Of a DNA stretch of 64,000 bases, positions 44,189-54,432 are shown in pieces; position 1 is the stretch's first letter, and each line of letters starts with the position of its first letter. Made by a program: the position numbers and the translations under genes. The DNA is from Escherichia coli. Lineage in GTDB: Bacteria; Pseudomonadota; Gammaproteobacteria; Enterobacterales; Enterobacteriaceae. A model generated the notes under the pieces. That model had not been told where the DNA came from. It was given only the letters and a program-made list of their open reading frames with translations, and did no database searches. The DNA is taken from NCBI RefSeq assembly GCF_017348835.2, contig NZ_CP071375.1, one strand, 5' to 3'.

Positions 44189-45772
44189 ATGGAATGGATT
44201 GCCGATCCGTCTATCTGGGCCGGGTTAATCACGCTGATTGTGATCGAACTGGTCCTCGGCATTGATAACCTGGTCTTTATTGCCATCCTCGCCGAAAAAC
44301 TACCGCCGAAGCAGCGCGACCGCGCACGGGTTACCGGGCTGCTGCTGGCGATGTTAATGCGCCTGTTACTGCTGGCGTCAATCTCCTGGCTGGTCACCCT
44401 GACTCAACCGCTGTTCAGCTTCCGCTCGTTTACCTTTAGCGCCCGCGACTTAATCATGCTGATTGGTGGTTTCTTCCTGTTGTTCAAAGCCACGATGGAG
44501 CTGAACGAACGGCTGGAAGGGAAAGACAGCAATAATCCCACACAACGCAAAGGTGCGAAGTTCTGGGGCGTGGTGACACAAATTGTGGTACTGGACGCCA
44601 TCTTCTCACTCGACTCAGTGATTACCGCCGTCGGGATGGTCGACCATTTACTGGTCATGATGGCCGCCGTGGTTATCGCTATCAGCCTGATGTTGATGGC
44701 CAGCAAGCCGTTAACGCAATTTGTTAACAGTCACCCGACGATCGTTATTCTCTGCTTAAGCTTCCTGTTGATGATTGGCTTTAGTCTGGTGGCAGAAGGT
44801 TTCGGTTTCGTCATTCCGAAAGGCTACCTGTACGCTGCCATTGGTTTCTCGGTGATGATCGAGGCGCTCAATCAGTTGGCTATCTTTAACCGGCGACGTT
44901 TTCTTTCCGCTAACCAGACGCTGCGCCAGCGGACTACCGAAGCGGTAATGCGCCTGCTTAGCGGGCAAAAAGAGGATGCGGAACTGGACGCCGAAACCGC
45001 GTCCATGCTGGTGGATCATGGTAACCAGCAGATCTTTAATCCGCAGGAACGGCGGATGATTGAGCGGGTACTTAATCTTAACCAGCGTACCGTCAGCAGC
45101 ATTATGACGTCGCGCCACGATATTGAGCATATCGATCTCAACGCGCCGGAAGACGAGATCCGCCAGTTGCTGGAGCGAAATCAGCATACGCGGCTGGTGG
45201 TTACCGACGGTGATGACGCAGAAGATTTGCTCGGTGTTGTTCACGTTATCGACCTGCTACAACAGTCACTGCGCGGCGAACCGCTCAACCTGCGGGTGTT
45301 GATTCGCCAGCCGCTGGTGTTCCCGGAAACCTTGCCATTGTTACCTGCCCTGGAGCAGTTCCGTAATGCCCGCACACACTTTGCTTTTGTGGTGGATGAG
45401 TTTGGTTCAGTGGAAGGGATTGTGACATTAAGTGACGTCACTGAAACCATTGCCGGTAACTTACCGAACGAAGTGGAAGAGATCGACGCCCGCCATGATA
45501 TTCAGAAGAATGCGGACGGATCCTGGACGGCGAATGGTCATATGCCGCTGGAAGATCTGGTGCAATATGTGCCGCTGCCGCTGGATGAAAAACGTGAATA
45601 TCACACCATTGCCGGGCTGTTGATGGAGTATTTGCAGCGTATTCCAAAACCTGGCGAAGAAGTTCAGGTGGGGGATTATTTGCTTAAAACGTTGCAGGTA
45701 GAAAGCCATCGCGTGCAGAAGGTGCAAATTATTCCGCTTCGTAAGGATGGCGAGATGGAGTACGAGGTGTGA
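44189..45772 (+). CDS. yegH: Inner-membrane protein YegH (TerC-family membrane domain + CBS pair + CorC/HlyC C-terminal domain)
   Basis: Protein [34 protein letters not shown]...; the ORF track begins 13 codons upstream (44150). Confidence 0.9.
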   Translation: MEWIADPSIWAGLITLIVIELVLGIDNLVFIAILAEKLPPKQRDRARVTGLLLAMLMRLLLLASISWLVTLTQPLFSFRSFTFSARDLIMLIGGFFLLFKATMELNERLEGKDSNNPTQRKGAKFWGVVTQIVVLDAIFSLDSVITAVGMVDHLLVMMAAVVIAISLMLMASKPLTQFVNSHPTIVILCLSFLLMIGFSLVAEGFGFVIPKGYLYAAIGFSVMIEALNQLAIFNRRRFLSANQTLRQRTTEAVMRLLSGQKEDAELDAETASMLVDHGNQQIFNPQERRMIERVLNLNQRTVSSIMTSRHDIEHIDLNAPEDEIRQLLERNQHTRLVVTDGDDAEDLLGVVHVIDLLQQSLRGEPLNLRVLIRQPLVFPETLPLLPALEQFRNARTHFAFVVDEFGSVEGIVTLSDVTETIAGNLPNEVEEIDARHDIQKNADGSWTANGHMPLEDLVQYVPLPLDEKREYHTIAGLLMEYLQRIPKPGEEVQVGDYLLKTLQVESHRVQKVQIIPLRKDGEMEYEV

Positions 45773-45778
45773 TAAAAC

Positions 45779-45817
45779 ATCAAATGCGCAGGTTCAAACT
45801 GCGCATTTGATTTATAC
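45779..45817 (+). terminator. Rho-independent terminator-like hairpin downstream of yegH
   Basis: Perfect inverted repeat atcaaatgcgcag / ctgcgcatttgat with loop gttcaaa, followed by ttat. Confidence 0.55.
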
Positions 45818-45846
45818 AAAATTTAGTATAATCTAAGGATGGAGTA

Positions 45847-46185
45847 ATGAGAAAAAAGCTGGCTTTTCTTGATACCAGTCTTGACGATTTACGCGCATTT
45901 CCAGAATCGTCTCGACAGGAAATTGGCTATCAACTCGACAGGATCCAACAAGGGTTAAACCCATACGACTGGAAACCTTTTTCAACTATCGGCCCTGGTG
46001 TGCGAGAGATTCGTACTCGCGATGCTGATGGGATCTATCGCGTCATGTATGTCGCAAAATTTGAAGAAGCGGTTTACGTATTGCATTGTTTTCAAAAGAA
46101 AACACAGACTACCAGTCAATCGGATATTGATTTAGCCAAACGACGCTATAAAGAACTTGTTCAGGAGCGGAAAAATGAAAATTGA
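45847..46185 (+). CDS. Type II toxin, RelE/ParE-superfamily (HigB-like, Gp49-type)
   Basis: 112-aa ORF with the RelE-fold hallmark ...YRVMYVAKFEEAVYVLHCFQKKTQTT...; followed by, and overlapping by 11 nt, an XRE-HTH ORF (toxin-first order as in higBA). Confidence 0.7.
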   Translation: MRKKLAFLDTSLDDLRAFPESSRQEIGYQLDRIQQGLNPYDWKPFSTIGPGVREIRTRDADGIYRVMYVAKFEEAVYVLHCFQKKTQTTSQSDIDLAKRRYKELVQERKNEN

Positions 46186-46465
46186 AACCTTTGATAGTGT
46201 GTGGGATGCGGTGAGTGACACCCCTGAACAAGCGGAAAATATGCGGATCCGTGCCGAGCTTGTAACGATCATTAATAACTGGATTGAACAACAAGGGATT
46301 AGCCAGGCTCAGGCAGCTTCTGCTTTAGGGGTCACTCAACCTCGCATCTCTGAACTTGCCAGAGGTAAAATCCAGATCTTTAGTATCGATAAATTGATCA
46401 CCATGATGGCTCATGCAGGACTACATATTCAACGTATTGAAGTTCAATATCCACATGCTGCTTAG
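46175..46465 (+). CDS. XRE-family HTH antitoxin (HigA-like)
   Basis: HTH segment QAQAASALGVTQPRISELARGK; likely start MKIETF at 46175 (the ORF track starts 6 codons upstream), overlapping the toxin stop. Confidence 0.65.
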   Translation: MKIETFDSVWDAVSDTPEQAENMRIRAELVTIINNWIEQQGISQAQAASALGVTQPRISELARGKIQIFSIDKLITMMAHAGLHIQRIEVQYPHAA

Positions 46466-46478
46466 TGCTATAAATACA

Positions 46479-46504
46479 GATGGCGACAAATTGATGCCGC
46501 CATC
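46479..46504. terminator. Possible bidirectional terminator hairpin between the antitoxin gene and asmA (convergent)
   Basis: Inverted repeat gatggcg ... cgccatc followed by tatata; weak. Confidence 0.3.
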
Positions 46505-46517
46505 TATATAACTTGTC

Positions 46518-48371
46518 TTACATCTTCTCCAGCAACTTCTTCACATCTTTGCCATTGCGGGAATCTTTATTCCGCTCGGCCCAGTCATTCAGGCGACGTT
46601 TCGCTTCGTCCTGTAGATGTTTGCGCAGTAACTGATCCACTTGCAGACTGTAATTGAGTTGCTGCCAGTTGCCATAAACCCGCAGCGGTACTGGCGTTTC
46701 TTTGAGGAAATCAATCAGTTTGCTTTCCCCGTTCCAGCCACCCACGACCCGAATATCAAACTGGGTGTCGCAGGTTTGATCTGCCAGATTCAACATACCT
46801 TCCCCTGTCAACGCCAGCACAGGCGATTGACCTTGCATGTCGTTTAACGTCACGACGCCATCCTTCAACGTCAAATCGGTGGTAAAGCGGTCAAGACGCG
46901 TCACGTTATCGAAGTTTTCAGCGGCCTTCACATCACCACCATTACGTTCTACCGCTTGCTGAATCATCTGCTGGAAGTTCATCCCTTCCATGCGCGTATC
47001 GGCCATTTCGACATGCGCCGTCCCCTGCCAGTTGTGGCGGAATGCGTCGGCATCTATGTCAGCACCGGAGAAATCACCAGCCAGTGACATCTTTCCGGTC
47101 AACGAAATCGGATAGTTAAACGCCTTCAGAATGGTGCCAATCTCAACGTTTTCCAGCCGTGGCTGGAAGTTTATCCGCGGATTTATTGATGTCGCGTCCA
47201 GCGTGCCCGGCAGTGAAACCTGTCCACCGTTAAGTTTGCCCTGCAGTTGAGTAATTTCCAGCAAACCCGACTTGTTGGTCATTTGCGTGGCAACATCTGT
47301 AAAATTCATTCCGCGCCAGCGCACGTTACTGGCCTGCAACAAAATATCAGCCGTAAAGCCTTGCAGTCCCTGATAGGCCGGTTCATCAATACGCGAAGAA
47401 ATGACCGGGCGCGGCAACGTTGATTGGCTCTGCCCCTGCTGCGCGGCACCGTTTTCACCATTCGCGGTTTCATTAAGCGGGATGAGGTTGTCAAGATTCA
47501 GTTGCGGGAATTGCAGCCTCAGCTGCCATTCCGGTTTCTCTGTCAGCGTGACCTGTGCTTGCCCGCTCAGCGTACTATCATTGGCGGTCAAACTAATTTG
47601 GTTAAATGAAAGGCGTTTATGTGACTCCTGCCACTGGGCCTGGAAACTCCCCTGCCCCTGAATACCTTGTTTTGGTAAATCTGCACCCTGCAACTGCCAG
47701 TTAATTTGTTCAATAGCCGCCGTTAAATCATGCGGATAATCAGAAGCATCTACCGTACCGTTAAGGGATATCGTGAGATCGCGCTGATCGCGATTAACCC
47801 GCCCGGAGAACTCAAATGAGCCACGATGTTGGGGATCTTGTTCCATTTGCAGGCGGATATTGCGGATTGTCACCTGCTCGTCATCTTCATGCTGGAACAC
47901 CAGAACGCTGTCCGCCACCTTAAGACTGGATATATCAAACGACCATCCGCGATCGTCTGACAGATCCGGCAAGGTATTGTCGCGCGGTGCAACCGGAGCG
48001 TCTTCACTGCGCACCGCTTCCGTCTGCGGCGTCAGTTGGATCACTGCCCCTTTTAGCATCACCTGCTTAACGCTCAGTTGATGACTCAGTAGTGGTAAAA
48101 GCGCCACGTCCAGGCGCATGTTGTCGGCGCGAACCAGTGGCTGGCTCGCGCCCTGGGCGGTGAGAGACATTCGCCCGGAGAGGATACTAAGCTGCGGCCA
48201 GACGTGCCAACGCAGTGGCCCGTCGAGCTGCAATTGATAACCGCTACGTGCAGCAACTTGCTTGACCATATAGTCGCGGAAATCATTCGGATTCACCAGC
48301 AACACTAACGCAGATAACCCGGCCACCAGCACGACCAGGAGTATCATCAGCGTCGTCAGAAATCGTCTCAT
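46518..48371 (-). CDS. asmA: AsmA (outer-membrane assembly / AsmA-like family protein)
   Basis: 617-aa ORF with N-terminal membrane anchor (MRRFLTTLMILLVVLVAGLSALVLL) recognised as AsmA. Confidence 0.9.
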   Translation of the reverse strand: MRRFLTTLMILLVVLVAGLSALVLLVNPNDFRDYMVKQVAARSGYQLQLDGPLRWHVWPQLSILSGRMSLTAQGASQPLVRADNMRLDVALLPLLSHQLSVKQVMLKGAVIQLTPQTEAVRSEDAPVAPRDNTLPDLSDDRGWSFDISSLKVADSVLVFQHEDDEQVTIRNIRLQMEQDPQHRGSFEFSGRVNRDQRDLTISLNGTVDASDYPHDLTAAIEQINWQLQGADLPKQGIQGQGSFQAQWQESHKRLSFNQISLTANDSTLSGQAQVTLTEKPEWQLRLQFPQLNLDNLIPLNETANGENGAAQQGQSQSTLPRPVISSRIDEPAYQGLQGFTADILLQASNVRWRGMNFTDVATQMTNKSGLLEITQLQGKLNGGQVSLPGTLDATSINPRINFQPRLENVEIGTILKAFNYPISLTGKMSLAGDFSGADIDADAFRHNWQGTAHVEMADTRMEGMNFQQMIQQAVERNGGDVKAAENFDNVTRLDRFTTDLTLKDGVVTLNDMQGQSPVLALTGEGMLNLADQTCDTQFDIRVVGGWNGESKLIDFLKETPVPLRVYGNWQQLNYSLQVDQLLRKHLQDEAKRRLNDWAERNKDSRNGKDVKKLLEKM

Positions 48372-48392
48372 GGTATCCTCAATGGGCCTGAA

Positions 48393-48974
48393 TTAGTCTT
48401 TATCGATTCGGCTGGCTACCGCGCCCTGCTGGTTGCGATATTTCGCATCTTCACGGCGGTTGTAAGGTCGCGCCGCCGGGCCGGAAAGCGGCTCAAAGCT
48501 CAGCGCACCAATTAACATGCCCGGACGTAGCGCCAGCGGCAGCTTACCGGAGTTGTAGAACTCCAGCACAATGCAGCCAGACCAGCCCGGATCGATGCGG
48601 TGCGCGGTGACGTGCACCATCAGCCCCAGACGCGCCAAGGAGGAACGCCCGTCCAGCCAGCCCACCAGATCGGCTGGCAGCGTCACCGACTCCAGCGTCA
48701 CCGCCAGCGCCAGCTCTCCTGGGTGAAGATAGAACGCCTCGCTTTCATCGAGAACGATCTCATCGCTCATCACGCGATCAAGCGCGGCGCTCACTTCATC
48801 TTTGGGACCGCTCAGATCGATAAACGCTGCCGTGTGACCACGGAAGGTACGAAATTTATTGCCCAGGCGTACATCCACCGTCGCGCCGTTAATACGCTCC
48901 ACTGGCGGACGTGGGTTGATCGACAAACGGCCTTCATCAAGCCAGGCTTCAATATCTCGGTCACACAGACGCAT
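48393..48974 (-). CDS. dcd: dCTP deaminase
   Basis: 193-aa ORF ([19 protein letters not shown]) recognised as Dcd. Confidence 0.93.
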   Translation of the reverse strand: MRLCDRDIEAWLDEGRLSINPRPPVERINGATVDVRLGNKFRTFRGHTAAFIDLSGPKDEVSAALDRVMSDEIVLDESEAFYLHPGELALAVTLESVTLPADLVGWLDGRSSLARLGLMVHVTAHRIDPGWSGCIVLEFYNSGKLPLALRPGMLIGALSFEPLSGPAARPYNRREDAKYRNQQGAVASRIDKD

Positions 48975-49065
48975 GGCATTTTCTCCTTTCGCGCATCACT
49001 CCCTTAACGCCAATTACGTCAAGGGCATACCAGGTTATCACTGAACGGTACACAATTTATCAAGC

Positions 49066-49707
49066 TTATTCAAAGAACTGACTTATTTTCGCTTTCAATA
49101 TATCGATCGCGATGCGGTTTTTCCCGCCGCGCGGCACGATAATGTCCGCATATTGTTTAGAAGGCTCAATGAATTGCAGGAACATTGGGCGCACGGTTTT
49201 TTGATATTGCGCCATCACGGAATCCATTGAACGCCCACGCTCGTTAACGTCACGCTTGATGCGGCGCATCAGGCAGATATCCAGCGGGGTATCAACGAAA
49301 ATGGAGAAGTTAAGTTCGTCACGCAAACGCGCATCCGTCAGCAACAAAATGCCTTCGAGAATGATGACTTTCTTCGGCTCAACCGTCACCGTTTCTTTCA
49401 TACGCGTATGTTCAACATAGCTGTAAACCGGCAGGTCAATTGCCGAGCCGCGTTTCAACGCTTGTAAATGCTCAAGCAACAGGCTGTGATCCATCGCGCT
49501 GGGATGGTCGTAGTTGGTCTTAACGCGTTCTTCCATCGACAGATGGCTTTGATCTTTGTAATAGCAGTCTTCGGGAATTACGCCGATGTGTTCATCACCG
49601 ACTTGCTCACGTAATTCACGATAAAGGGTACTGGCAATAAGACTCTTGCCGGAAGCCGATGCGCCAGCGATACCGATAATGACGCACTGATGAGACTGAT
49701 CAGTCAT
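49066..49707 (-). CDS. udk: Uridine/cytidine kinase
   Basis: Protein [22 protein letters not shown] (P-loop); the ORF track extends 21 codons upstream to 49770. Confidence 0.92.
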
Positions 49708-50024
49708 ATATTTAGCGACCTGATTAACCTGGATGTTAGGAAGGGGGCGACGAAGCGCCAAACGCGGCAATTATAGGGATTTCATCCGCCTGATACCAGT
49801 CGAATAGCGTTGCCGCGCGCTCAGAGTTAATTGTTGACGAAGAATTCCCGGTGGCAAATTACGTTGATCAGTTTTATACAAGGTAAAAATTGTTATACGC
49901 AGTTGCGCAAATTATCCGCCTTTACGTCACTTTATGAGCAATTCGCATATAAAATGTAAAACTTTTGTACTAGCATAAACACAGAAACGAATACTGGCGA
50001 CCTGGCCTTGCGGATAAAGCGGTA

Positions 50025-53000
50025 ATGAGCAAACAATCACAGCATGTATTAATTGCCCTGCCCCACCCGCTGCTTCACCTGGTCAGTTTAGGTTTAGTCT
50101 CGTTTATCTTCACCCTTTTCTCGCTTGAGCTTTCGCAGTTTGGCACCCAACTCGCCCCACTGTGGTTCCCGACGTCCATCATGATGGTGGCGTTTTATCG
50201 CCATGCCGGGCGCATGTGGCCGGGAATTGCGCTGAGCTGTTCGCTGGGAAATATCGCCGCATCCATCCTGCTTTTTTCCACCAGCTCGCTGAACATCACC
50301 TGGACGACCATCAATATTGTTGAAGCCGTGGTCGGGGCAGTGCTGCTACGTAAATTGCTGCCGTGGTATAACCCCTTGCAAAATCTGGCTGACTGGCTGC
50401 GTCTGGCACTCGGCAGCGCCATTGTTCCGCCTCTGTTGGGGGGTGTTCTTGTTGTCCTGCTGACGCCCGGAGACGATCCTCTCAGGGCATTTTTGATATG
50501 GGTACTGTCAGAATCCATCGGCGCTCTGGCACTGGTGCCGCTGGGATTGTTATTTAAACCACACTATCTGCTGCGCCATCGCAACCCACGGTTGCTTTTT
50601 GAGTCGCTGCTCACGTTAGCCATCACACTGACGTTAAGCTGGCTTTCGATGCTGTATCTGCCGTGGCCTTTTACTTTCATTATTGTGCTGTTGATGTGGA
50701 GCGCCGTGCGCCTGCCACGAATGGAAGCTTTTTTGATCTTCCTTACCACGGTGATGATGGTGTCACTGATGATGGCCGCGGATCCCTCCCTGCTTGCTAC
50801 GCCGCGTACGTACCTGATGAGCCATATGCCGTGGCTACCGTTTTTGCTGATCCTGCTGCCCGCCAACATCATGACCATGGTGATGTATGCCTTTCGTGCG
50901 GAACGCAAACACATTTCCGAAAGCGAAACCCGCTTTCGGAACGCGATGGAATATTCCGCTATCGGTATGGCGTTAGTGGGCACCGAGGGACAATGGCTGC
51001 AATCCAACAAAGCGCTCTGCCAGTTTCTCGGTTACAGTCAGGAAGAGCTGCGCGGACTCACCTTTCAGCAACTGACCTGGCCGGAGGATCTCAATAAAGA
51101 TCTCCAACAGGTTGAAAAGCTGATAAGCGGTGAAATAAACACCTATTCAATGGAAAAACGCTACTACAACCGTAATGGCGATGTTGTCTGGGCGTTGCTT
51201 GCCGTCTCACTGGTGCGCCACACGGATGGCACGCCGCTCTATTTTATCGCTCAGATTGAAGACATTAACGAGCTAAAACGCACCGAACAGGTGAATCAGC
51301 AACTGATGGAACGCATCACGCTGGCTAACGAAGCGGGCGGGATTGGCATCTGGGAGTGGGAGTTGAAGCCGAATATTTTTAGCTGGGATAAGCGGATGTT
51401 CGAGCTGTATGAAATTCCTCCACATATCAAACCGAACTGGCAGGTGTGGTACGAGTGCGTGCTGCCGGAAGATCGCCAGCATGCCGAAAAAGTGATTCGT
51501 GATTCGTTGCAATCACGCTCGCCCTTTAAACTGGAATTTCGCATTACCGTAAAAGACGGTATTCGCCATATCCGCGCCCTCGCCAACCGGGTACTGAATA
51601 AAGAAGGCGAAGTCGAACGCCTGCTCGGCATTAATATGGATATGACCGAGGTTAAACAGCTTAACGAGGCATTGTTTCAGGAAAAAGAGCGCCTGCACAT
51701 TACGCTTGATTCCATCGGTGAAGCCGTGGTCTGTATTGATATGGCGATGAAAATTACCTTTATGAATCCGGTGGCGGAGAAGATGAGCGGCTGGGCGCAG
51801 GAAGAAGTATTAGGTGTTCCGCTCCTGACGGTGTTGCATATTACTTTTGGCGACAACGGACCATTAATGGAGAACATTTACAGTGCCGACACCTCACGTT
51901 CCGCGATCGAACAAGATGTGGTGTTGCACTGTCGGAGCGGCGGCAGTTACGACGTGCATTACAGTATTACGCCGTTAAGTACTCTGGACGGCAGCAATAT
52001 TGGTTCGGTTCTGGTGATTCAGGACGTTACCGAATCACGCAAAATGCTGCGCCAGCTGAGCTACAGCGCCTCCCATGATGCACTGACGCATCTCGCCAAC
52101 CGCGCCAGTTTTGAGAAACAACTGCGTATCCTGCTGCAAACGGTAAACAGTACGCATCAGCGACATGCACTGGTGTTTATCGATCTTGATCGCTTTAAAG
52201 CGGTGAATGACAGCGCCGGGCATGCGGCGGGCGACGCTTTGCTGCGCGAACTGGCGTCGTTGATGCTGAGTATGCTGCGCTCCAGTGACGTGCTGGCGCG
52301 GCTCGGCGGTGATGAATTTGGTCTGCTGCTGCCAGACTGCAATGTTGAAAGCGCTCGTTTTATCGCTACACGTATTATCAGTGCTGTGAATGACTATCAC
52401 TTTATATGGGAAGGCCGGGTACATCGGGTAGGTGCCAGCGCCGGGATTACCTTGATCGATGACAACAATCATCAGGCGGCAGAAGTGATGTCGCAGGCTG
52501 ATATCGCCTGTTATGCCTCCAAAAATGGTGGACGGGGCCGGGTGACGGTTTACGAACCACAGCAAGCTGCCGCACATAGCGAACGGGCGGCGATGTCGCT
52601 TGATGAACAGTGGCGGATGATTAAAGAGAATCAGTTGATGATGATCGCCCACGGTGTCGCTTCGCCGCGGATCCCGGAAGCGCGTAATTTGTGGCTGATT
52701 TCACTTAAGCTCTGGAGTTGCGAAGGCGAGATTATTGATGAACAAACATTTCGTCGTAGCTTCAGCGATCCGGCGCTTAGCCATGCTCTTGACCGCCGGG
52801 TATTCCACGAATTTTTCCAGCAGGCCGCAAAAGCGGTTGCCAGTAAAGGCATAAGCATCGCCCTCCCCCTTTCCGTTGCCGGTTTGAGTAGCGCCATGCT
52901 GGTGAATGACCTGGTTGAGCAGCTGGAAAATAGCCCTCTACCACCACGGTTATTACATCTGATTATTCCGGCTGAAGCGATTTTAGATCACGCAGAAAGC

Positions 53001-53342
53001 GTGCAAAAACTGCGGCTGGCGGGATGTCGGATAGTGCTCAGCCAGGTGGGCCGCGATCTGCAAATCTTCAACTCGCTGAAAGCGAATATGGCAGATTACC
53101 TGCTACTTGATGGTGAGTTATGCGCCAACGTGCAGGGTAATTTGATGGATGAGATGCTGATTACGATTATTCAGGGGCACGCTCAGCGACTCGGGATGAA
53201 AACCATCGCCGGGCCAGTCGTTTTACCCTTAGTGATGGATACGCTTTCTGGCATCGACGTCGATCTGATTTATGGTGATGTGATTGCCGATGCCCAACCG
53301 CTGGATTTGCTGGTGAATAGTAGTTATTTCGCGATTAACTGA
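50025..53342 (+). CDS. dgcE: Diguanylate cyclase DgcE (YegE): MASE1 membrane domain, PAS domains, GGDEF, degenerate EAL
   Basis: 1105-aa ORF with hydrophobic N-terminal third, PAS repeats, RxGGDEF motif (ARLGGDEFGLL) and C-terminal EAL-like region. Confidence 0.9.
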   Translation: MSKQSQHVLIALPHPLLHLVSLGLVSFIFTLFSLELSQFGTQLAPLWFPTSIMMVAFYRHAGRMWPGIALSCSLGNIAASILLFSTSSLNITWTTINIVEAVVGAVLLRKLLPWYNPLQNLADWLRLALGSAIVPPLLGGVLVVLLTPGDDPLRAFLIWVLSESIGALALVPLGLLFKPHYLLRHRNPRLLFESLLTLAITLTLSWLSMLYLPWPFTFIIVLLMWSAVRLPRMEAFLIFLTTVMMVSLMMAADPSLLATPRTYLMSHMPWLPFLLILLPANIMTMVMYAFRAERKHISESETRFRNAMEYSAIGMALVGTEGQWLQSNKALCQFLGYSQEELRGLTFQQLTWPEDLNKDLQQVEKLISGEINTYSMEKRYYNRNGDVVWALLAVSLVRHTDGTPLYFIAQIEDINELKRTEQVNQQLMERITLANEAGGIGIWEWELKPNIFSWDKRMFELYEIPPHIKPNWQVWYECVLPEDRQHAEKVIRDSLQSRSPFKLEFRITVKDGIRHIRALANRVLNKEGEVERLLGINMDMTEVKQLNEALFQEKERLHITLDSIGEAVVCIDMAMKITFMNPVAEKMSGWAQEEVLGVPLLTVLHITFGDNGPLMENIYSADTSRSAIEQDVVLHCRSGGSYDVHYSITPLSTLDGSNIGSVLVIQDVTESRKMLRQLSYSASHDALTHLANRASFEKQLRILLQTVNSTHQRHALVFIDLDRFKAVNDSAGHAAGDALLRELASLMLSMLRSSDVLARLGGDEFGLLLPDCNVESARFIATRIISAVNDYHFIWEGRVHRVGASAGITLIDDNNHQAAEVMSQADIACYASKNGGRGRVTVYEPQQAAAHSERAAMSLDEQWRMIKENQLMMIAHGVASPRIPEARNLWLISLKLWSCEGEIIDEQTFRRSFSDPALSHALDRRVFHEFFQQAAKAVASKGISIALPLSVAGLSSAMLVNDLVEQLENSPLPPRLLHLIIPAEAILDHAESVQKLRLAGCRIVLSQVGRDLQIFNSLKANMADYLLLDGELCANVQGNLMDEMLITIIQGHAQRLGMKTIAGPVVLPLVMDTLSGIDVDLIYGDVIADAQPLDLLVNSSYFAIN

Positions 53343-53357
53343 GGCGTGCTTCCCCAT

Positions 53358-53444
53358 CGCCTGATGCGACGCTAACGCGTCTTATCATGCCTACAAATCG
53401 CTCATTCTCCAGGCCGGATAAGGCGCTCGCACCGCATCCGGCGA
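53358..53444. repeat. REP/BIME element
   Basis: cgcctgatgcgacgctaacgcgtcttatcatgcctac and the inverted aggccggataaggcgctcgcaccgcatccggcg, in the dgcE-alkA convergent spacer. Confidence 0.8.
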
Positions 53445-53450
53445 CCAACG

Positions 53451-54299
53451 TCATGCTTCGTCTGGTTGCCAGCCTTCCGTATACCAGATATGCAACAGCG
53501 CATAAGAACGCCAGGGCTTCCAGCGTTCGGCATAACGGCGGATTTGTGCTGGTGTCATTCCCGGAAATCGCTGTTTAATCAGATAATCATCCGGCAGGAA
53601 AACATCTTTCGCCTGCCAGCCACGCAAAGCGAAATAATTCGCCGTCCAGCGCCCGATACCCGGAAAAGTTTGCAGCGTTTTCATCGCTTGTTCTACGTCG
53701 CCCGGTATTGTCATTGGTAAGGTGCCCTCCAGCGCCGCATTTGCCAGATGAATCAGCGCCTCTGCCCGTTTCAACGGCATGCCTAACGCTTTTAATGCCT
53801 GCGGGTCGGCTGCTGCCAGCCGCTGAGGCGTGGGGAAGCAGATATACTCCGGAAAATCATCCAGCCGTTCGCCATAAAGCTGTGCCACTCTGGCGGTCAA
53901 TTTTGCCGCCATCGCCACGCTCACCAGTTGGCCTAAAATCGCCCGCACGCCCTGCTCAAAAGCATCAACACTGCCGGGTAAACGCAATCCAGGCCGCGCC
54001 GCGCCTAACTTGCCCAACGCACCGTTAACAATCTGCGGGTTACATTGCAGATCAAGCAGGCGGCTCATTTTCGCCAGACACTCTGCGGCAACGGGTTCTA
54101 AATCTGCACTTAAATTTATGTGCAGAGTATGGCGGGCTATATCCGGAATAGCAGTCACCACGCCGCGATATTCGCCCACCGCCAGACTACGGGCATAATA
54201 ATCGTCAGCGACCGTTTCCACACCACTCACCGCACGGGCGGCGAGAAATCCCAACATCCACGACCAGTCATACGGCGGCTGCCAGTTCAGGGTATACAT
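53451..54299 (-). CDS. alkA: DNA-3-methyladenine glycosylase II
   Basis: 282-aa ORF (MYTLNWQPPYDW...) recognised as AlkA. Confidence 0.92.
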   Translation of the reverse strand: MYTLNWQPPYDWSWMLGFLAARAVSGVETVADDYYARSLAVGEYRGVVTAIPDIARHTLHINLSADLEPVAAECLAKMSRLLDLQCNPQIVNGALGKLGAARPGLRLPGSVDAFEQGVRAILGQLVSVAMAAKLTARVAQLYGERLDDFPEYICFPTPQRLAAADPQALKALGMPLKRAEALIHLANAALEGTLPMTIPGDVEQAMKTLQTFPGIGRWTANYFALRGWQAKDVFLPDDYLIKQRFPGMTPAQIRRYAERWKPWRSYALLHIWYTEGWQPDEA

Positions 54300-54432
54300 C
54301 GCATCTCCTTATTCATCCGCTTTCAGCATAAACGTTATTCAGACGCTGCGCTTTGCTTTCATATTCCGGTTGTCGCGACGGCAACATTTCGCTAAAGTCA
54401 CGCCCCTTCTTCACCGGCATGGGGATTATTTC

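Noticed and set aside
44756-45244. 162-aa minus-strand ORF
   Set aside because: Lies antisense inside yegH; shadow ORF.
50195-52652. Several minus-strand ORFs (107, 148, 205 aa and others)
   Set aside because: All antisense within the 1105-aa dgcE coding region.
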